A stretch of 64,000 nt of DNA from a virus, in the IMG/VR virus record IMGVR_UViG_3300049043_000117, positions 32,001-96,000 of that record. One strand, written 5' to 3'. The translations under genes were made by a program, and so were the position numbers. Shown here one piece after another: positions 63,323 to 64,000 of the stretch. Within the stretch, counting starts at the first letter, position 1. Every line of letters begins with the position of its first letter. The notes beneath the pieces are model-generated. The model had not been told where the DNA came from and did not search any database. It worked only from the letters and a program-made list of their open reading frames with translations.

Positions 63323-63342
63323 GAAAGGGGGCAAAGTCCCCT
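63323..63342 (-). terminator. Probable rho-independent terminator
   Basis: AGGGG-ACTTTGC-CCCCT followed by TTCT, just after a small ORF. Confidence 0.5.
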
Positions 63343-63352
63343 ATTGTCTCAC

Positions 63353-63523
63353 ATTCAGAACTCAATCGGTTCCAGCGTTGCTACACCCAGAACGCTCTCA
63401 ATCATCGGGGATTCGGCATAAGTGTACCCGACAGAATCAGGCGACGAGAGTGTCAAGCACTTGCAGCATTTGGTTGCCGTTTTGAGCAACACGAAGCATA
63501 CCGATTGCGGTTTCTTTGGTCAT
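63353..63523 (-). CDS. Small early-type hypothetical protein; one frameshift
   Basis: MTKETAIGMLRVAQNGNQMLQVLDTLV..ESPMIESVLGVATLEPIEF*. Confidence 0.55.
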
Positions 63524-64000
63524 GATAAGAGAGAGAAAAGTGTAGGACAATTTGAGTGTCTTTAGAGCGCATCTCATTCTCTATTTGCGAATAGCGAATG
63601 ACTCCTTGCACTGATTCAATCAATTCTTTGAAGCGATCTTCATCATCATAATAAAACTCAAGCTCTGTTTGATGATGTCATCTTCAGCCATTCCATCCAT
63701 GTTGTCAATAATTGAATCAACAGCAAAAGCACACAGGTCGCGGACATCCATCCTCTCAACAACCTCGTTAGCGTATAGCTTCAATCAGTTTGGAAAACTG
63801 TTCTTTGGAAAGTGTCATGATTCAGTTAGCAAAAAGGTTGGAAATCTTGTCTACAATGTTGTCATAATCGCTCCGAGGATCGTATTCATCATCCTCACAA
63901 AACTCGCGGTTGTTTCCCAAGATTGTAGATCAGATCCCACTCGGAATCAGTGAAGAACTCTTGAATGGCTTGTTTGGATTGTGTCATGATTCAGATGGTA

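Noticed and set aside
60200-64000. tRNA genes, or a chimeric host fragment explaining the higher GC
   Set aside because: No cloverleaf with T-loop and D-loop consensus was found. The ORFs are phage early-type small genes on the same strand as the rest, so a chimera is not needed, although read mapping across 60.1 kb would settle it.

Overview
This window is part of a T4-like cyanomyovirus genome (Kyanoviridae-like, probably a picocyanobacterial host; inferred from gene content). Most genes are on the minus strand. Read right to left: (1) a higher-GC region of small early-type genes (about 60.3-64 kb), containing a largely non-coding stretch with a consensus sigma70 promoter and seven perfect cyanobacterial-type DnaA boxes (TTTTCCACA); (2) a structured GC-rich boundary element at about 60.15 kb; (3) a small sugar-modification cluster (56.7-60.1 kb); (4) the baseplate/tail module: gp25, gp6, a giant gp7, gp8, a VrlC/DUF4815-like protein, other virion proteins, a long Mtd_N...peptidase-S74 tail fibre and a Gly/Pro-rich fibre; (5) an AT-rich plus-strand island (7.4-13.7 kb) with two flavin-dependent halogenases and several 2OG-Fe(II) oxygenases; (6) gp13-gp14-gp15-gp16, a mosaic gene, a small NblA-like ORF and gp17 terminase. 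Nearly every long gene, including essential ones, is broken by indels, which points to an unpolished long-read sequence. Gene boundaries are therefore reconstructed across frameshifts and are approximate. No tRNA, rRNA, CRISPR array, integrase or reverse transcriptase was seen. All family assignments come from motif recognition by eye, not database searches.
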